From positions 742-64,741 of the forward strand of contig CAYUFA010000007.1 in NCBI GenBank assembly GCA_964443845.1: a stretch of DNA of 64,000 nucleotides. Direction: 5' to 3'. Source of the stretch: an uncultured Ectothiorhodospiraceae bacterium (GTDB lineage Bacteria; Pseudomonadota; Gammaproteobacteria; UBA9214). Below are positions 35,743 through 46,725 of this stretch, piece after piece; position 1 is the first letter of the stretch; each line of letters starts with the position of its first letter. The translations under genes were made by a program, and so were the position numbers. The notes beneath the pieces were generated by a model. It saw only the letters and a list, made by a program, of their open reading frames with translations, did no database searches and was not told where the DNA came from.

Positions 35743-36375
35743 ATGACCTCCCAGCGCACGCGCGACCGGCTGGTCGAACGGCTGCGCACCGAGGGCATCC
35801 GCAACGAGCGCGTGCTGGCAGTCATTCGCGCAACCCCGCGTCACCTGTTCGTCGACGAGGCGCTGGCCAGCCGGGCCTACGAGGACACGGCCCTGCCCAT
35901 CGGCTACAACCAGACGATTTCCCAGCCGTACGTCGTGGCGGCGATGACCGACCTGGTGCTGCGCAACCAGCCGCAGAAGGTGCTGGAGATCGGTACCGGC
36001 TCGGGCTATCAGGCCGCGGTGCTGGCGGCGCTGGTTCCCCGGGTCTATACGGTGGAGCGCATCGAGGCACTGGCGAAACAGGTGCGCCAGCGTTTCCGCA
36101 AACTGGGACTGCGCAACGTGCGCGCCAGCCATGGCGATGGCATCGGGGGACTGCCGGAGTTCGCGCCGTACGACGCGATCATCACCACGGCGGGTGCGGA
36201 AACGGTCCCGCAGGCATTGCTGGAACAATTGTCGCCCGATGGTGGTCGTCTGATCATTCCGGTCGGCAGCCGGGCGCATCAGGTGCTGACCGTGGTCACC
36301 CGCCACGCTGACGCCTGTGCAGCGGAGGAGTATGACCCCGTGATATTCGTGCCGTTATTGCCGGGGCAGGCGTGA
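35743..36375 (+). CDS. pcm: protein-L-isoaspartate O-methyltransferase
   Basis: SAM-binding motif [16 protein letters not shown]. surE-pcm-nlpD-rpoS order is conserved. Confidence 0.9.
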   Translation: MTSQRTRDRLVERLRTEGIRNERVLAVIRATPRHLFVDEALASRAYEDTALPIGYNQTISQPYVVAAMTDLVLRNQPQKVLEIGTGSGYQAAVLAALVPRVYTVERIEALAKQVRQRFRKLGLRNVRASHGDGIGGLPEFAPYDAIITTAGAETVPQALLEQLSPDGGRLIIPVGSRAHQVLTVVTRHADACAAEEYDPVIFVPLLPGQA

Positions 36376-36950
36376 TGAACCTGTTCACCGGCCTGTATGA
36401 CCGCTGTATGTCCTGGGCACGGCACCGCCACGCGGTGTGGTACCTGTTCGGACTGGGTTTCGCGGAGTCGTCATTTTTCCCGATTCCGCCCGATGTCATG
36501 CTGGCCCCGATGAGCATGGCCCGTCCGCGCGGCGCCCTGCGGTATGCCGTGCTGACCACGCTGGCATCCGTGCTGGGTGGCATGTTCGGATACCTGATCG
36601 GGGCGTTCTTTTTCGACTGGATCGAACCCTGGCTGCAACAGAGCCACTACTGGGAGATGTACCTGCAGGCCCGCCAGTGGTTCGGGGAATGGGGCTTCTG
36701 GGCGATCCTGGTGGCGGGCTTCTCACCGATCCCGTACAAGGTGTTCACCATCGCCGCGGGCACTCTCGGCATGAATTTCCCCCTGTTCGTGCTGGGTTCG
36801 GCGTGCGGCCGCGGCGGCCGCTTTTTTCTGGTTGCCGGCCTGATGGCGTGGGGAGGGGAACGCATGGAGACGCGGCTGCGTGCCTGGGTGGAGTGGCTGG
36901 GATGGCTGCTGGTGATGCTGGTTCTGGCGGGATACGTCTATCTCCGGTGA
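36372..36950 (+). CDS. YqaA/DedA-like inner membrane protein
   Basis: 192-aa ORF with 4-5 TM segments and SNARE-associated/YqaA-like motifs (FFPIPPDV...[14 protein letters not shown]). GTG/ATG start overlaps the pcm stop. Confidence 0.6.
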   Translation: MMNLFTGLYDRCMSWARHRHAVWYLFGLGFAESSFFPIPPDVMLAPMSMARPRGALRYAVLTTLASVLGGMFGYLIGAFFFDWIEPWLQQSHYWEMYLQARQWFGEWGFWAILVAGFSPIPYKVFTIAAGTLGMNFPLFVLGSACGRGGRFFLVAGLMAWGGERMETRLRAWVEWLGWLLVMLVLAGYVYLR

Positions 36951-37816
36951 TGACCGGGACATGGCAAAACACCGGCGCGCTGTACCTGGTGCTCGTCATG
37001 CTGGCAGGATGTGCCGGGCAGTACGCGCGTGCGCCGGTGACGGTGCACGCCACGCCACCGGAACCCAGGGCTCGCGTATGGAAACGCACCGGTGCCTCCG
37101 CGCGGGATACCGAGTACTACGTCGTACGGCGGGGTGACACCCTCTATTCGCTGGCCTGGCAGCAGGGGCTGGATTTCCAGCAACTGGCCCGGCTGAACGG
37201 GATTGCGCCCCCCTATACGATCTATCCCGGACAACGCCTGCGCCTGCATGTGGGCACCGCTGCGCCACCCGGTGTCCCGCTGACCCGGCGGAGCACGTTG
37301 CGGGCACGTCCGCTCGCGGCGCATGCCTCCCCCCCGGCACGGGCCGCCCGCCCGGCACCGGCGGCGGCCGCAACACCGTCACGGCCGTCACCCGGGCCGC
37401 CGGCAAGCGCCGCGAGCGGGCAGACAACTGCTTCCAACAGGGTCGAATATGACGGCAAATGGGTGTGGCCCGTGCGCGGCAGCATCCTGCACCCCTACCG
37501 GGAAGACGGCAATGGCAAGAAAGGGATCGACATCGGCGGCAGGGCCGGGCAACCGGTGCGGGCAGCGGCCAGCGGCAAGGTGGTGTATGTCGGCAGTGGA
37601 CTTGTCGGTTATGGCAGGCTTATCATTATAAAACATAATGACAACCTGCTCAGCGCATACGGGCATAACAGCGCATTGCTCGTGGCAGAGGGGGAATACG
37701 TAAGAGCGGGGCAAACGATCGCGAAAATGGGCAGCAGCGGTACCAGTCGGACCATGCTGTATTTCGAAATCCGCAAGGATGGAAAACCGGTCAACCCCGC
37801 GCATTACCTTCCCTGA
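36950..37816 (+). CDS. nlpD: LysM-M23 lipoprotein NlpD
   Basis: Lipobox LAGC, a LysM domain (YVVRRGDTLYSLAW), a Pro/Ala-rich linker, and an M23 peptidase domain (WVWPVRG...GIDIGG...YGH). Lies immediately upstream of rpoS. Confidence 0.8.
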   Translation: MTGTWQNTGALYLVLVMLAGCAGQYARAPVTVHATPPEPRARVWKRTGASARDTEYYVVRRGDTLYSLAWQQGLDFQQLARLNGIAPPYTIYPGQRLRLHVGTAAPPGVPLTRRSTLRARPLAAHASPPARAARPAPAAAATPSRPSPGPPASAASGQTTASNRVEYDGKWVWPVRGSILHPYREDGNGKKGIDIGGRAGQPVRAAASGKVVYVGSGLVGYGRLIIIKHNDNLLSAYGHNSALLVAEGEYVRAGQTIAKMGSSGTSRTMLYFEIRKDGKPVNPAHYLP

Positions 37817-37883
37817 CGCGCTGCACAGGCAACCTGTGTTGTTGCAGCTGTTCAACAGCACGACCAGCATGGCAGGTTAGCCT

Positions 37884-38846
37884 ATGGCCGTATTCGAGGG
37901 CATAGACGAGGAACAGGAGAACGACCCGCTGCAGGCGACCGACGGGCAGGACACGCCCGTGCCCGGCAGCGAGGAAGTCCCGCAGCGCATCCCGGTCACC
38001 CGTCATCCGACGGATTCCCACGACCCCACGCGCATGTACCTCAACGAGATCGGGGCCTCGCCGTTGCTCACGGCCGAGGAGGAAGTGAAATTCTCGCGCC
38101 TCGCCCAGGCCGGCAACGATGCCGCGCGCAGGCGCATGATCGAGAGCAACCTGCGCCTGGTCGTCAAGATCGCCCGCCGCTACACCAACCGTGGCCTGGC
38201 CTTCCTGGACCTGATCGAGGAAGGCAATCTCGGTCTGATCCGGGCCGTCGAGAAGTTCGACCCGGAACGCGGGTTCCGGTTTTCCACCTACGCCACGTGG
38301 TGGATACGCCAGACCATCGAACGCGCGATCATGAACCAGACGCGCACCATCCGCCTGCCGATTCACGTGGTCAAGGAAATCAATTCCTACCTGCGTGCTG
38401 CCCGCAGCCTGGCACAGAAGCTCGACCACGAGCCCAGTGCCGAGGAGATTGCCGACCTGTTGCACAAGCCGATCCGCGACGTCGAGGCGATGCTGGGCCT
38501 GAACGAAAGGGTCGCTTCCACGGACAGCATGATCCTGAACGACCCGGCCAGGAAACTGCTGGATACCATCGCCGATGACCAGGCGGAGGACCCGTCGGAA
38601 GCCATCGCCGAAGAGGAAGTGCACGTCAACATCGAGGAATGCCTGGCACAGCTCAGTGACAAGCAGCGCGAGGTGGTGGAACGTCGTTTTGGCCTGCACG
38701 GTTACTCGGTCTCCACGCTGGAGGAGGTGGGCAGGGAAATCGGCGTGACCCGGGAACGGGTCCGCCAGATCCAGATGGATGCACTGAAGAAACTCAAGAA
38801 GATCCTCGAGCAGGAGGGGATCTCCATCGACGCATTGCTGAAGTGA
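37884..38846 (+). CDS. rpoS: RNA polymerase sigma factor RpoS
   Basis: Sigma-70 family with regions 1.2-4.2 ([16 protein letters not shown], helix-turn-helix [18 protein letters not shown]). Its position after nlpD and its 320-aa size indicate RpoS rather than RpoD. Confidence 0.88.
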   Translation: MAVFEGIDEEQENDPLQATDGQDTPVPGSEEVPQRIPVTRHPTDSHDPTRMYLNEIGASPLLTAEEEVKFSRLAQAGNDAARRRMIESNLRLVVKIARRYTNRGLAFLDLIEEGNLGLIRAVEKFDPERGFRFSTYATWWIRQTIERAIMNQTRTIRLPIHVVKEINSYLRAARSLAQKLDHEPSAEEIADLLHKPIRDVEAMLGLNERVASTDSMILNDPARKLLDTIADDQAEDPSEAIAEEEVHVNIEECLAQLSDKQREVVERRFGLHGYSVSTLEEVGREIGVTRERVRQIQMDALKKLKKILEQEGISIDALLK

Positions 38847-39078
38847 CAGACCGTTGCACCGGGCCAGACCACTCGGGCGAACCCGGAGAAGCGCGAACTT
38901 GCGGAGGCGCGTTATCCGGCCGCGGCGGCACGGGGTTCCCGCCCCGGACATCCAGTCATGCGTGCAGTCATTGTCAGGGGTCGGCTGCAGTCAGCCATGT
39001 TCGTCTTGACGGGACCGTGGCAATACGTCGCAATAACAATAACATTCCAAACATAATTAGAATCGACAAGAACATTGC

Positions 39079-41061
39079 ATGTTGCGGGCCATTCTTCTTT
39101 CATTCCTGATTCTGTTCTCCTCCGCCGGATGGTGTGCTTCCGACATGCTGCTTGATCGGCTGCTTCAGGAGCACAGGACCCGTGGCGACGCCGGGGTACG
39201 GCGGTTTGCACGGGGGCTCGGCATGGTCCTGCGGAAGCGGGATGGCGTGTTACTGGTACCGGTGATCGCTGCCCGCAGCCTGGAACGCGCGGCGCAGTTC
39301 AGTCAGCGACTGTCAAAGGCAGGGGCTCAGGTGGATGCAGTCTCGCGTTCCTGGCTGCGTATCCTGGTGCCGGCGGCACACCTTGAACAGTTGCTTGGCG
39401 AGTTTCCGCAAGATCGCCTGCGTGCCCCGTCTCCGGTCATTCCCGCGTCCGGTACGGGTACGGTCGTGTCGGAAAGCGTTGCGCTGACGGCGGCGGATGG
39501 CTTCCAGGCGGGTAACCTGACCGGTGCCGGTGTCCGCGTGGCGGTGGTCGACCTGGGGTTTTCCGGCCTGAGTGCGAAAATCTCGGCCGGGGAACTCCCG
39601 CAGGGTACGGTTACGATGGATTTCACCGGCACCGGCATCGAGAGTACGACCAGCCACGGTACCGGGGTGGCCGAACATGTCATGGACATGGCACCGGATG
39701 CGCAGCTGTATTGCCTGAAAGTGAATGGTGATCCTGTTTCCATGCAGAATGCAGCGAGCTATCTCGCGGCAAATAATATCCGCATTGCCAATCACTCCGT
39801 GAGCTGGTTTCTCGACAGTTACTACGATGATACCGGCCAGATCAACGACATCATCAATTCCTCCCATGACAATGACCATGTCTTCTGGACGGTCGCAGCC
39901 GGTAACATGCAGCGCAGGCACTGGCGTGGCGGCTGGGCCGATGCCAACGGTAATGACATCCTGGATTTCGCGCCCGGTGACGAGCTGCTCGGCCTGGCCG
40001 GCAGTGCAGCAACCGCCACCGTCTTTTTGAACTGGAACCAGTACGGACAATCCAGAAAGACCAATCTCGATCTGTTTGTGTATGATAAAAACGGTGTCAC
40101 CGCCGCAAGTAGCACGGTTTTCCAGACCTCCATGAACGACCCCGCCGAGGCAGTCAGTTTTAACTATGACTCCAGCCGGGCCCCTTACAGTATCCAGGTG
40201 GTCCGGGTCAGCGGCAGTACCAGCAATCTGGACATCACGCTGTTCAGCGTCTATCACAATTTCGACGGTTATGTGGCCGCTTCCAGTGTGACGGATCCGG
40301 CCGATGCACATGGTGCCTTTGCCGTAGGCGCAATCAACCAGGCGAACTGGCTGAATGCCACTCCTGCCATTGATTCCTATTCCAGTCAGGGGCCGTCCAA
40401 CGCTGGGCTTGCCAAGCCGGAACTGGTTGCGCCGGATCACACCAGCAGCCTGACGTACGGGACACTGTCGTCTTCCGGCACCTCGTTTGCCGCGCCCACC
40501 GTGGCAGGTGCGGCAGCCCTGCTGCTCTCGGAGGACGGCAGCCGTACCGCGCCGCAGCTGGCTGGTGTGCTGGAGTCCACTGCCGTCGACATCGGTACTG
40601 CCGGCTTCGACACCGTATACGGGTATGGCAAGTTGCAACTGCCCCTGATCGACTCGGATAACGACGGTCTGACGAACGAGGAAGAACTGCAGCTGGGCAC
40701 GGATCCGCTGGCGGCGGACACCGATCAGGATGGCCTTTCCGACTATGACGAGGTGCAAACGTGGCACACCGACCCGCTGCTGGCCGACACGGACGCGGAC
40801 GGGATCAGCGACTATGCGGAGGTCATGACCTGGGGTACCGATCCGCAGGTTTCGAACCTGGCGGACCTGGCGCCGCGCGGCAGCCCGGACGGCGAGATCA
40901 ATGCCGGGGATCTCGTCGTGCTAGCGCGCCTGGTCACGGGCGAAGACATACCGACCGGTGCCGAGCAGGTGTTCGGTGACCTGGACGGGAACGGCATGCT
41001 CAACGCCGCCGACCTGCTGCTGCTGACCCGCATGCTCACCGGGCAGATCCCGCTGCCCTGA
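39079..41061 (+). CDS. secreted S8 subtilisin-family serine protease with C-terminal thrombospondin-type-3-like Ca-binding repeats and a dockerin-like domain
   Basis: Signal peptide MLRAILLSFLILFSSAGWCA. Catalytic Asp (VAVVDLGF), His (HGTGVAEHV) and Ser (GTSFAAPTVAGAAALL). Then Dx(D/N)xDG repeats (DSDNDGLTNEE, DTDQDGLSDYDE, DTDADGISDYAE) and two dockerin-type segments (DGEINAGDLVVLARLV, DLDGNGMLNAADLLLLTRML). Local GC is lower than the flanks and the 5' leader is AT-rich. Confidence 0.8.
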   Translation: MLRAILLSFLILFSSAGWCASDMLLDRLLQEHRTRGDAGVRRFARGLGMVLRKRDGVLLVPVIAARSLERAAQFSQRLSKAGAQVDAVSRSWLRILVPAAHLEQLLGEFPQDRLRAPSPVIPASGTGTVVSESVALTAADGFQAGNLTGAGVRVAVVDLGFSGLSAKISAGELPQGTVTMDFTGTGIESTTSHGTGVAEHVMDMAPDAQLYCLKVNGDPVSMQNAASYLAANNIRIANHSVSWFLDSYYDDTGQINDIINSSHDNDHVFWTVAAGNMQRRHWRGGWADANGNDILDFAPGDELLGLAGSAATATVFLNWNQYGQSRKTNLDLFVYDKNGVTAASSTVFQTSMNDPAEAVSFNYDSSRAPYSIQVVRVSGSTSNLDITLFSVYHNFDGYVAASSVTDPADAHGAFAVGAINQANWLNATPAIDSYSSQGPSNAGLAKPELVAPDHTSSLTYGTLSSSGTSFAAPTVAGAAALLLSEDGSRTAPQLAGVLESTAVDIGTAGFDTVYGYGKLQLPLIDSDNDGLTNEEELQLGTDPLAADTDQDGLSDYDEVQTWHTDPLLADTDADGISDYAEVMTWGTDPQVSNLADLAPRGSPDGEINAGDLVVLARLVTGEDIPTGAEQVFGDLDGNGMLNAADLLLLTRMLTGQIPLP

Positions 41062-41386
41062 GTTTCCGTCCTGCCCCGGCGCGCCGCCGCCGCATCAGTT
41101 ACCGCTCGCCAGTAGCGCCCTGTGCAGGTGAACGTTGATGCGTGCGATATGGTGGGCAATCCGCTCCAGCCAGCGGTCCGCTGCCAGGCAGTCCGTTGCA
41201 TCCGGTACCGACAGGCTGCCGTTGGCGACGCCGGCCGCGCTCAGGTCGGCAGTGGGGGGCTGCGCTGTGCGCTCGCCGGTCCGGTCTGCTGCGCGGCCCG
41301 AACCGGGTCGGAGCAGTTGCCGCGGGCGATCCCGTCCAGGCCGGCCTGCACCACGTCCGCGCGCCGGTCCTGTGTGTGCCAGCGGG

Positions 41387-41773
41387 TTACGGCGCAGGGT
41401 CTGCCGGTAGATCCTGTAACAGGGCCAGCAGTACGTCACGGTCTTCCGAACGCAGTACGTTATACGTCCGGATCGCCGCATGATTGCCCATGACCTCGAT
41501 CCCGATCCCGCGCCGCTGCAGTTCGACCAGCCAGTCCGCCGGCGGAAAACGCTGGGTCGCCCCGGTGCCGAGGATGATGATGGCGGGCGCGAGCTCCGCC
41601 AGGGTGAGCAGGTGCGTCGCGGTGAGCTCAGCGAAACAACGCGGCGACCAGCGTTCGACCTGCTGTGCGCTGACCACCACGCTGTGGGTGAAGCGGCGGT
41701 CATTGATGACGATGCCGCGTGCGTCGTAGGAGCGGATACTATTGCCCGGGCTGCTGTCCAGCTGGATCTGCAT
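41387..41773 (-). CDS. Mth938-like (DUF498) domain protein
   Basis: 128-aa product with LGTGATQRFPP...GIGIEVMGNHAAIRTYNVL, typical of the Mth938/NDUFAF3-like family. Confidence 0.6.
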   Translation of the reverse strand: MQIQLDSSPGNSIRSYDARGIVINDRRFTHSVVVSAQQVERWSPRCFAELTATHLLTLAELAPAIIILGTGATQRFPPADWLVELQRRGIGIEVMGNHAAIRTYNVLRSEDRDVLLALLQDLPADPAP

Positions 41774-41912
41774 GTCACAACGATAGCATAGCGGGGCGCG
41801 GACGCCGGCTGGCGCCCGGCCACTTGTTTCCCGGCACGCTTTTGAGTACTGTAAGCAGGCTTAGAAAATTGCAGTAATACCTTCATAAACAAAGAAATAA
41901 CCGGTAACCAGT

Positions 41913-43124
41913 GTGATTGAGGAATTTGCCCGCATCAAGCGGCTGCCGCCATACGTTTTCAATATTGTCAATGAGTTGAAGGCACAGGCGCGGGCGCGGG
42001 GCGAAGACATCATCGACTTCGGTATGGGCAATCCCGATCAGCCCACGCCGCAGCACATCGTCGGCAAGCTGGTCGAGGCCGCGCAGCGCGGGGACACCCA
42101 CCGCTACTCCCTTTCCAAGGGCATCCCGCGCTTGCGCAAGGCCATCTGCGACTGGTACCGGCGGCGTTATGACGTGGAGCTCGATCCGGAAACGGAGGCC
42201 ATCGTCACCATCGGTTCGAAGGAAGGCCTCGCGCACCTGGCACTGGCCACCGTGGGACCCGGTGACGCGGTGCTGGTGCCGAATCCTGCGTACCCGATTC
42301 ATCCCTACGGATTTGCGATTGCCGGTGCGGATATCCGGCACGTGCCGCTGGGTCCGCACCTCGACGAATTCTTCGCCGAGCTGGAAAAGGCCATCAAGGA
42401 CTCCTGGCCGAAGCCGAAGATGCTGGTCCTGAATTTTCCGAGCAACCCGACCGCGCAGTGCGTCGAGCTGGACTTCTTCGAAAAGGTGGTGAAGATCGCG
42501 CGCGAGAACGAGATCTGGGTGGTCCAGGACCTGGCCTACGCCGACCTGGTCTTCGACGGCTACCAGGCGCCGTCCATCCTGCAGGTGGCGGGTGCCAGGG
42601 ACGTCGCGGTGGAATTCTTCTCGCTGTCCAAGAGCTACAACATGCCGGGCTGGCGGGTCGGCTTCATGTGCGGCAACGCCACCCTGGTGGCCGCGCTGGC
42701 ACGCATGAAGTCGTATCTGGATTACGGCATGTTCACACCGATCCAGGTCGCCGCCATCACGGCGCTGGAAGGCCCGCAGGATTGCGTGGCGGAAATCCGC
42801 GACATGTACCAGGAGCGCCGCGACGTGCTGTGCGACGGACTGAATGCGCTGGGCTGGCCGGTGGAAAGACCGCGGGCCACCATGTTCGTGTGGGCGCGGA
42901 TCCCGGAACGTTACCGTGCCATGGGCTCGCTGGAGTTCTCCAAGAAACTGCTGGGCGATGCCAAGGTGGCGGTGTCACCCGGGATCGGTTTCGGAGAGTA
43001 CGGAGACGAGTACGTACGTTTCGGCCTGATCGAGAACCTGCACCGGACGCGGCAGGCCATCCGTTGCATCAGGGACATGTTCCGTCGCGACCTGGGCCAG
43101 GCCGCACAAGCCTCTGGAGGATAA
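41913..43124 (+). CDS. PLP-dependent aminotransferase (AlaC/AspC class I family)
   Basis: GTG start. 403-aa fold-I aminotransferase with [14 protein letters not shown] (Schiff-base Lys). Precedes hom-thrC as in pseudomonads. Confidence 0.8.
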   Translation: MIEEFARIKRLPPYVFNIVNELKAQARARGEDIIDFGMGNPDQPTPQHIVGKLVEAAQRGDTHRYSLSKGIPRLRKAICDWYRRRYDVELDPETEAIVTIGSKEGLAHLALATVGPGDAVLVPNPAYPIHPYGFAIAGADIRHVPLGPHLDEFFAELEKAIKDSWPKPKMLVLNFPSNPTAQCVELDFFEKVVKIARENEIWVVQDLAYADLVFDGYQAPSILQVAGARDVAVEFFSLSKSYNMPGWRVGFMCGNATLVAALARMKSYLDYGMFTPIQVAAITALEGPQDCVAEIRDMYQERRDVLCDGLNALGWPVERPRATMFVWARIPERYRAMGSLEFSKKLLGDAKVAVSPGIGFGEYGDEYVRFGLIENLHRTRQAIRCIRDMFRRDLGQAAQASGG

Positions 43125-43127
43125 TCC

Positions 43128-44447
43128 GTGAAACCGGTGAATGTCGGCCTGCTGGGCCTGGGCACAGTGGGTGGTGGCACGTTCAACGTGCTCAACCGCA
43201 ACAGCGCGGAGATCATCCGGCGTGCCGGGCGCGGCATTCGCATCACCCATGCCGCCGCGCGCAACTACGATCCGGCCCGCCTGCCGGGCATCGAGTCCAT
43301 CCAGGTCGGTGCGGATGCGTTCGCGGTGGTGGACAATCCGGACATCGACATCATCGTCGAGCTGATCGGCGGCTATGAACCGGCTCGCGAGCTGGTACTG
43401 AAGGCGATCGCCAACGGCAAGCACGTGGTTACCGCCAACAAGGCATTGATCGCGAAACACGGCAACGAGATCTTTGCCGCGGCGCAGCAGCAGGGCGTAA
43501 TGGTGGCCTTCGAGGCCGCGGTGGCCGGCGGTATTCCGATCATCAAGGCGATCCGCGAAGGGCTGGCCGCCAACCAGATCCTGTGGCTGACCGGTATCAT
43601 CAACGGGACCGGCAATTTCATCCTTACCGAGATGCGCGACAAGGGCCGGGACTTTGCCGACGTCCTGCAGGAAGCACAGGCACTGGGGTATGCGGAGGCC
43701 GATCCCACCTTCGACGTGGAAGGCATCGACGCCGCGCACAAGCTTACCATCCTGGCCTCGATCGCCTTCGGCATCCCGCTGCAGTTCGACAAGGTCTACA
43801 CCGAGGGCATCAGCCGGATCAGTCGCGAGGACGTGGCCTATGCCGGGGCCTTCGGCTACCGGATCAAGCACCTCGGCTTCACCCGCCGCACCGATCACGG
43901 GATCGAGATGCGCGTGCACCCGACGCTGATCCCGGAACGCCGCCTGATCGCCAACGTGGACGGCGTGATGAACGCGGTGCTGGTACACGCCGACGCCGTC
44001 GGTCCCACGCTGTATTACGGCGCGGGTGCGGGGGCGGAGCCGACCGCCTCGGCGGTGGTGGCGGATATCGTCGACGTGGCGCGTACCCTGACCACCGATC
44101 CGTTGAACCGCGTGCCGCACCTGGCCTTCCAGCCGGGCTCGATCGCCGACATGCCGATCCTCCCCATGGAGGACGTGGTCACGGCCTATTACCTGCGCAT
44201 GCAGGCAACCGACAAGCCGGGCGTGATGGCGGAGGTGGCGCGTATCCTTGGCGATTCCGGCATCAGCATCGAGGCGATCCTGCAGAAGGAACCCGCGCCG
44301 GACGCCGATTGCGCCTCGATCATCCTGCTGACCCACGCGGTGCAGGAACGCCGGATGAACGAGGCAATCGCGAAGATCGAGACGCTGGACAGCATCCACG
44401 GCGCCGTGACGCGCATCCGTCTCGAACACCTGGGCGTGAAGCAATAA
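43128..44447 (+). CDS. hom: homoserine dehydrogenase
   Basis: GTG start with GGAGG 8 nt upstream. NAD-binding LGLGTVGGG, catalytic domain and C-terminal ACT domain. Confidence 0.9.
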   Translation: MKPVNVGLLGLGTVGGGTFNVLNRNSAEIIRRAGRGIRITHAAARNYDPARLPGIESIQVGADAFAVVDNPDIDIIVELIGGYEPARELVLKAIANGKHVVTANKALIAKHGNEIFAAAQQQGVMVAFEAAVAGGIPIIKAIREGLAANQILWLTGIINGTGNFILTEMRDKGRDFADVLQEAQALGYAEADPTFDVEGIDAAHKLTILASIAFGIPLQFDKVYTEGISRISREDVAYAGAFGYRIKHLGFTRRTDHGIEMRVHPTLIPERRLIANVDGVMNAVLVHADAVGPTLYYGAGAGAEPTASAVVADIVDVARTLTTDPLNRVPHLAFQPGSIADMPILPMEDVVTAYYLRMQATDKPGVMAEVARILGDSGISIEAILQKEPAPDADCASIILLTHAVQERRMNEAIAKIETLDSIHGAVTRIRLEHLGVKQ

Positions 44448-44557
44448 CCGGCAGCTACCATGGCCCGGATGATGCGCCCGCGCCGGGCGGACTCCTGCAG
44501 GGCTGCCGCGCGACGGGCGGGCCTGCAGCGCAGAAACTACCTTCTAAGGTGAACAAC

Positions 44558-45688
44558 ATGTCTGACTCCATACGCTACACCGGCCTGATCGAGCGCTACC
44601 GCGAGCGCCTGCCGGTCGCCCCCGGCACGCGGCTGATCAGCCTCGGGGAGGGCAACACGCCACTCATCCGGCTGGAGAATATTCCCGCCGCCATCGGCAG
44701 GGATGTCGAGCTGTACGTCAAGTACGAGGGCCTGAACCCGACCGGTTCGTTCAAGGACCGCGGCATGACCATGGCGGTGACCCAGGCCCTGGCGGAAGGC
44801 AGTCGCGCGATCATCTGTGCCTCCACCGGCAATACCTCGGCCGCGGCGGCCGCCTACGCGGCACGCGCCGGCATCACGGCCTTCGTGCTGATCCCCGAGG
44901 GCAAGATCGCGCTCGGCAAGCTGGCCCAGGCGATGATACACGGGGCCGTGGTGATCCAGATCCGCGGTAACTTCGATGCCGGCATGGCACTGGTGAAGGA
45001 GGTGGCGGAACAGGCGCCGGTGACGATCGTGAACTCCATCAATCCCTACCGCCTGCAGGGACAGAAGACCGCCGCGTTCGAGATCGTCGATGAGCTGGGC
45101 ACGGTGCCGGATTACCACTGCCTGCCGGTCGGCAACGCCGGCAACATCACCGCGCACTGGATCGGCTACAGCGAGTATGCCGGCAGGCAAACGGCGGCCT
45201 GTGCCTTCTGTGACGGGCAGTGCAGGTTCCCGCACGCCGCGCTGACCGACCGGCGCCCGGTCATGGTCGGCTACCAGGCGAGCGGTGCGGCGCCGTTCCT
45301 GCGCGGGCACATGGTCGACCACCCGGAAACGGTCGCCACCGCGATCCGCATCGGCCATCCCCAGTCCTGGGACCGGGCCTGGAAGGTACAGCAGGAATCG
45401 GGTGGCTGGTTCGACGAATGCAGCGACGAGGAAATCCTCGCTGCCCAGAAGCTGCTGACCGAACGCGAAGGCATCTTCTGTGAACCGGCCTCGGCGACCT
45501 CGGTGGCCGGTGCCATGCGCGACATCAGCAATGGCCGTATTCCCGAGGGCAGTTCCGTGGTGTGTACGCTGACCGGGCACGGGCTCAAGGACCCGGACAC
45601 CGCCATTCGCCAATGCCAGGGCGACATGCTCACGGTGGATGCCGAACTGGGCGCGGTGAAGCAGGCCATTTTCGACAACCTGGCCTGA
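44558..45688 (+). CDS. thrC: threonine synthase
   Basis: PLP-lysine motif [13 protein letters not shown]. 376 aa. The listed 43583..45688 ORF is a spurious in-frame upstream extension overlapping hom out of frame. Confidence 0.9.
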   Translation: MSDSIRYTGLIERYRERLPVAPGTRLISLGEGNTPLIRLENIPAAIGRDVELYVKYEGLNPTGSFKDRGMTMAVTQALAEGSRAIICASTGNTSAAAAAYAARAGITAFVLIPEGKIALGKLAQAMIHGAVVIQIRGNFDAGMALVKEVAEQAPVTIVNSINPYRLQGQKTAAFEIVDELGTVPDYHCLPVGNAGNITAHWIGYSEYAGRQTAACAFCDGQCRFPHAALTDRRPVMVGYQASGAAPFLRGHMVDHPETVATAIRIGHPQSWDRAWKVQQESGGWFDECSDEEILAAQKLLTEREGIFCEPASATSVAGAMRDISNGRIPEGSSVVCTLTGHGLKDPDTAIRQCQGDMLTVDAELGAVKQAIFDNLA

Positions 45689-45696
45689 GGCGAGGG

Positions 45697-46725
45697 GTGG
45701 CGGTTTCCCGCTTGCACCTGACACTGCTGGTCCCCGGCCTGTGCGGGCCGGAGTCGGACCCGCCGGTCGGCGCGTATTTTCCGGGTCGACCACGGGAGCT
45801 GGACCGCCTGCTGACGCGCAGCCGGCAAGAGGCCGTTGCCGGGCAGGGGCTGGAGGCTGCGCTGTGTCGCGAATTCGGGCTCGATCCGCTGGCTGCGTTA
45901 CCGGTCGCCACGCTGACCTGGCTGGCCGACAGCCCCGACCCGCCACCTCCCCACCTGCTGCGGGCCGACCCGGTGCACCTGCGGGCGGATCAGCGTTACC
46001 TGCGCCTGTTCGAGGCGCACAGTATCCCGCTGCACGCCGACGAGGCAGTGCAGCTGGTGGCCACGATCAACGAGTTCAATGCGGCCCGGGGCTGGCACCT
46101 GGCTGCGCCGCATCCGCAGCGCTGGTACCTGTCGCTGCCGGATATGCCCCGGCTGGTGACGCAGGCCCCGCAACGGGCGGCCGGCGCGGACATCGATCCC
46201 TGGCTGCCGGCCGGTGCGGATGCTCCCCGGTGGCATGGGCTGTTGAACGAGTTGCAGATGCTGCTGCATGACCATCCGGTCAACCGGGCGCGGGCGTCGC
46301 GCGGCGAACCGGCAATCAACAGCCTGTGGCTGTGGGGCAACGGCAACCTGCCCGCCGGCCTGACTACGCCCTGGTCTGCGATCGGGGCGGATCATCCGCT
46401 GGCGCGCGGCCTGGCGCGGTATGCCGGCATCCCCTGCAGCCCGCTGCCGGAATCGCTGGAGCACTGGCGGGAACAAGCGCTGCCACTGGTAATCCTGGAT
46501 GCGCTGGAGTGGCCGCAGCGCTACCGCGATGTCGAGCGCTGGCTGGACGCTTTCGAACGGCTGGAGCGTGACTGGCTGCGGCCCGCCGCGCAGGCCCTGC
46601 GCAGCGGCACCCTGGCGTCACTGACACTGGATACCTGCAACGGCAGGCGCTTCACCGGCGGACGCTGGCGCCAGTACCGGTTCTGGAAAACCACCCGTCC
46701 CTTCGAGGCAGTCAGCGGATCATGA
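45697..46725 (+). CDS. conserved hypothetical protein (between thrC and recJ)
   Basis: About 342-aa ORF ending in an ATGA overlap with recJ. No family recognised from sequence alone. Start (GTG 45697 or a later TTG) is uncertain. Confidence 0.5.
   Translation: MAVSRLHLTLLVPGLCGPESDPPVGAYFPGRPRELDRLLTRSRQEAVAGQGLEAALCREFGLDPLAALPVATLTWLADSPDPPPPHLLRADPVHLRADQRYLRLFEAHSIPLHADEAVQLVATINEFNAARGWHLAAPHPQRWYLSLPDMPRLVTQAPQRAAGADIDPWLPAGADAPRWHGLLNELQMLLHDHPVNRARASRGEPAINSLWLWGNGNLPAGLTTPWSAIGADHPLARGLARYAGIPCSPLPESLEHWREQALPLVILDALEWPQRYRDVERWLDAFERLERDWLRPAAQALRSGTLASLTLDTCNGRRFTGGRWRQYRFWKTTRPFEAVSGS

Noticed and set aside
38900-38930. GC hairpin (CGGGG-TTCCCG-CCCCG) about 60 nt after rpoS as a possible terminator.
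   Set aside because: It has a short stem and no downstream T-tract, so it is not convincing as an intrinsic terminator.
43583-45688. 701-aa ORF suggesting a giant ThrC.
   Set aside because: Its upstream 325 codons overlap hom in another frame and are Arg/Gly-rich. ThrC homology begins exactly at ATG 44558.
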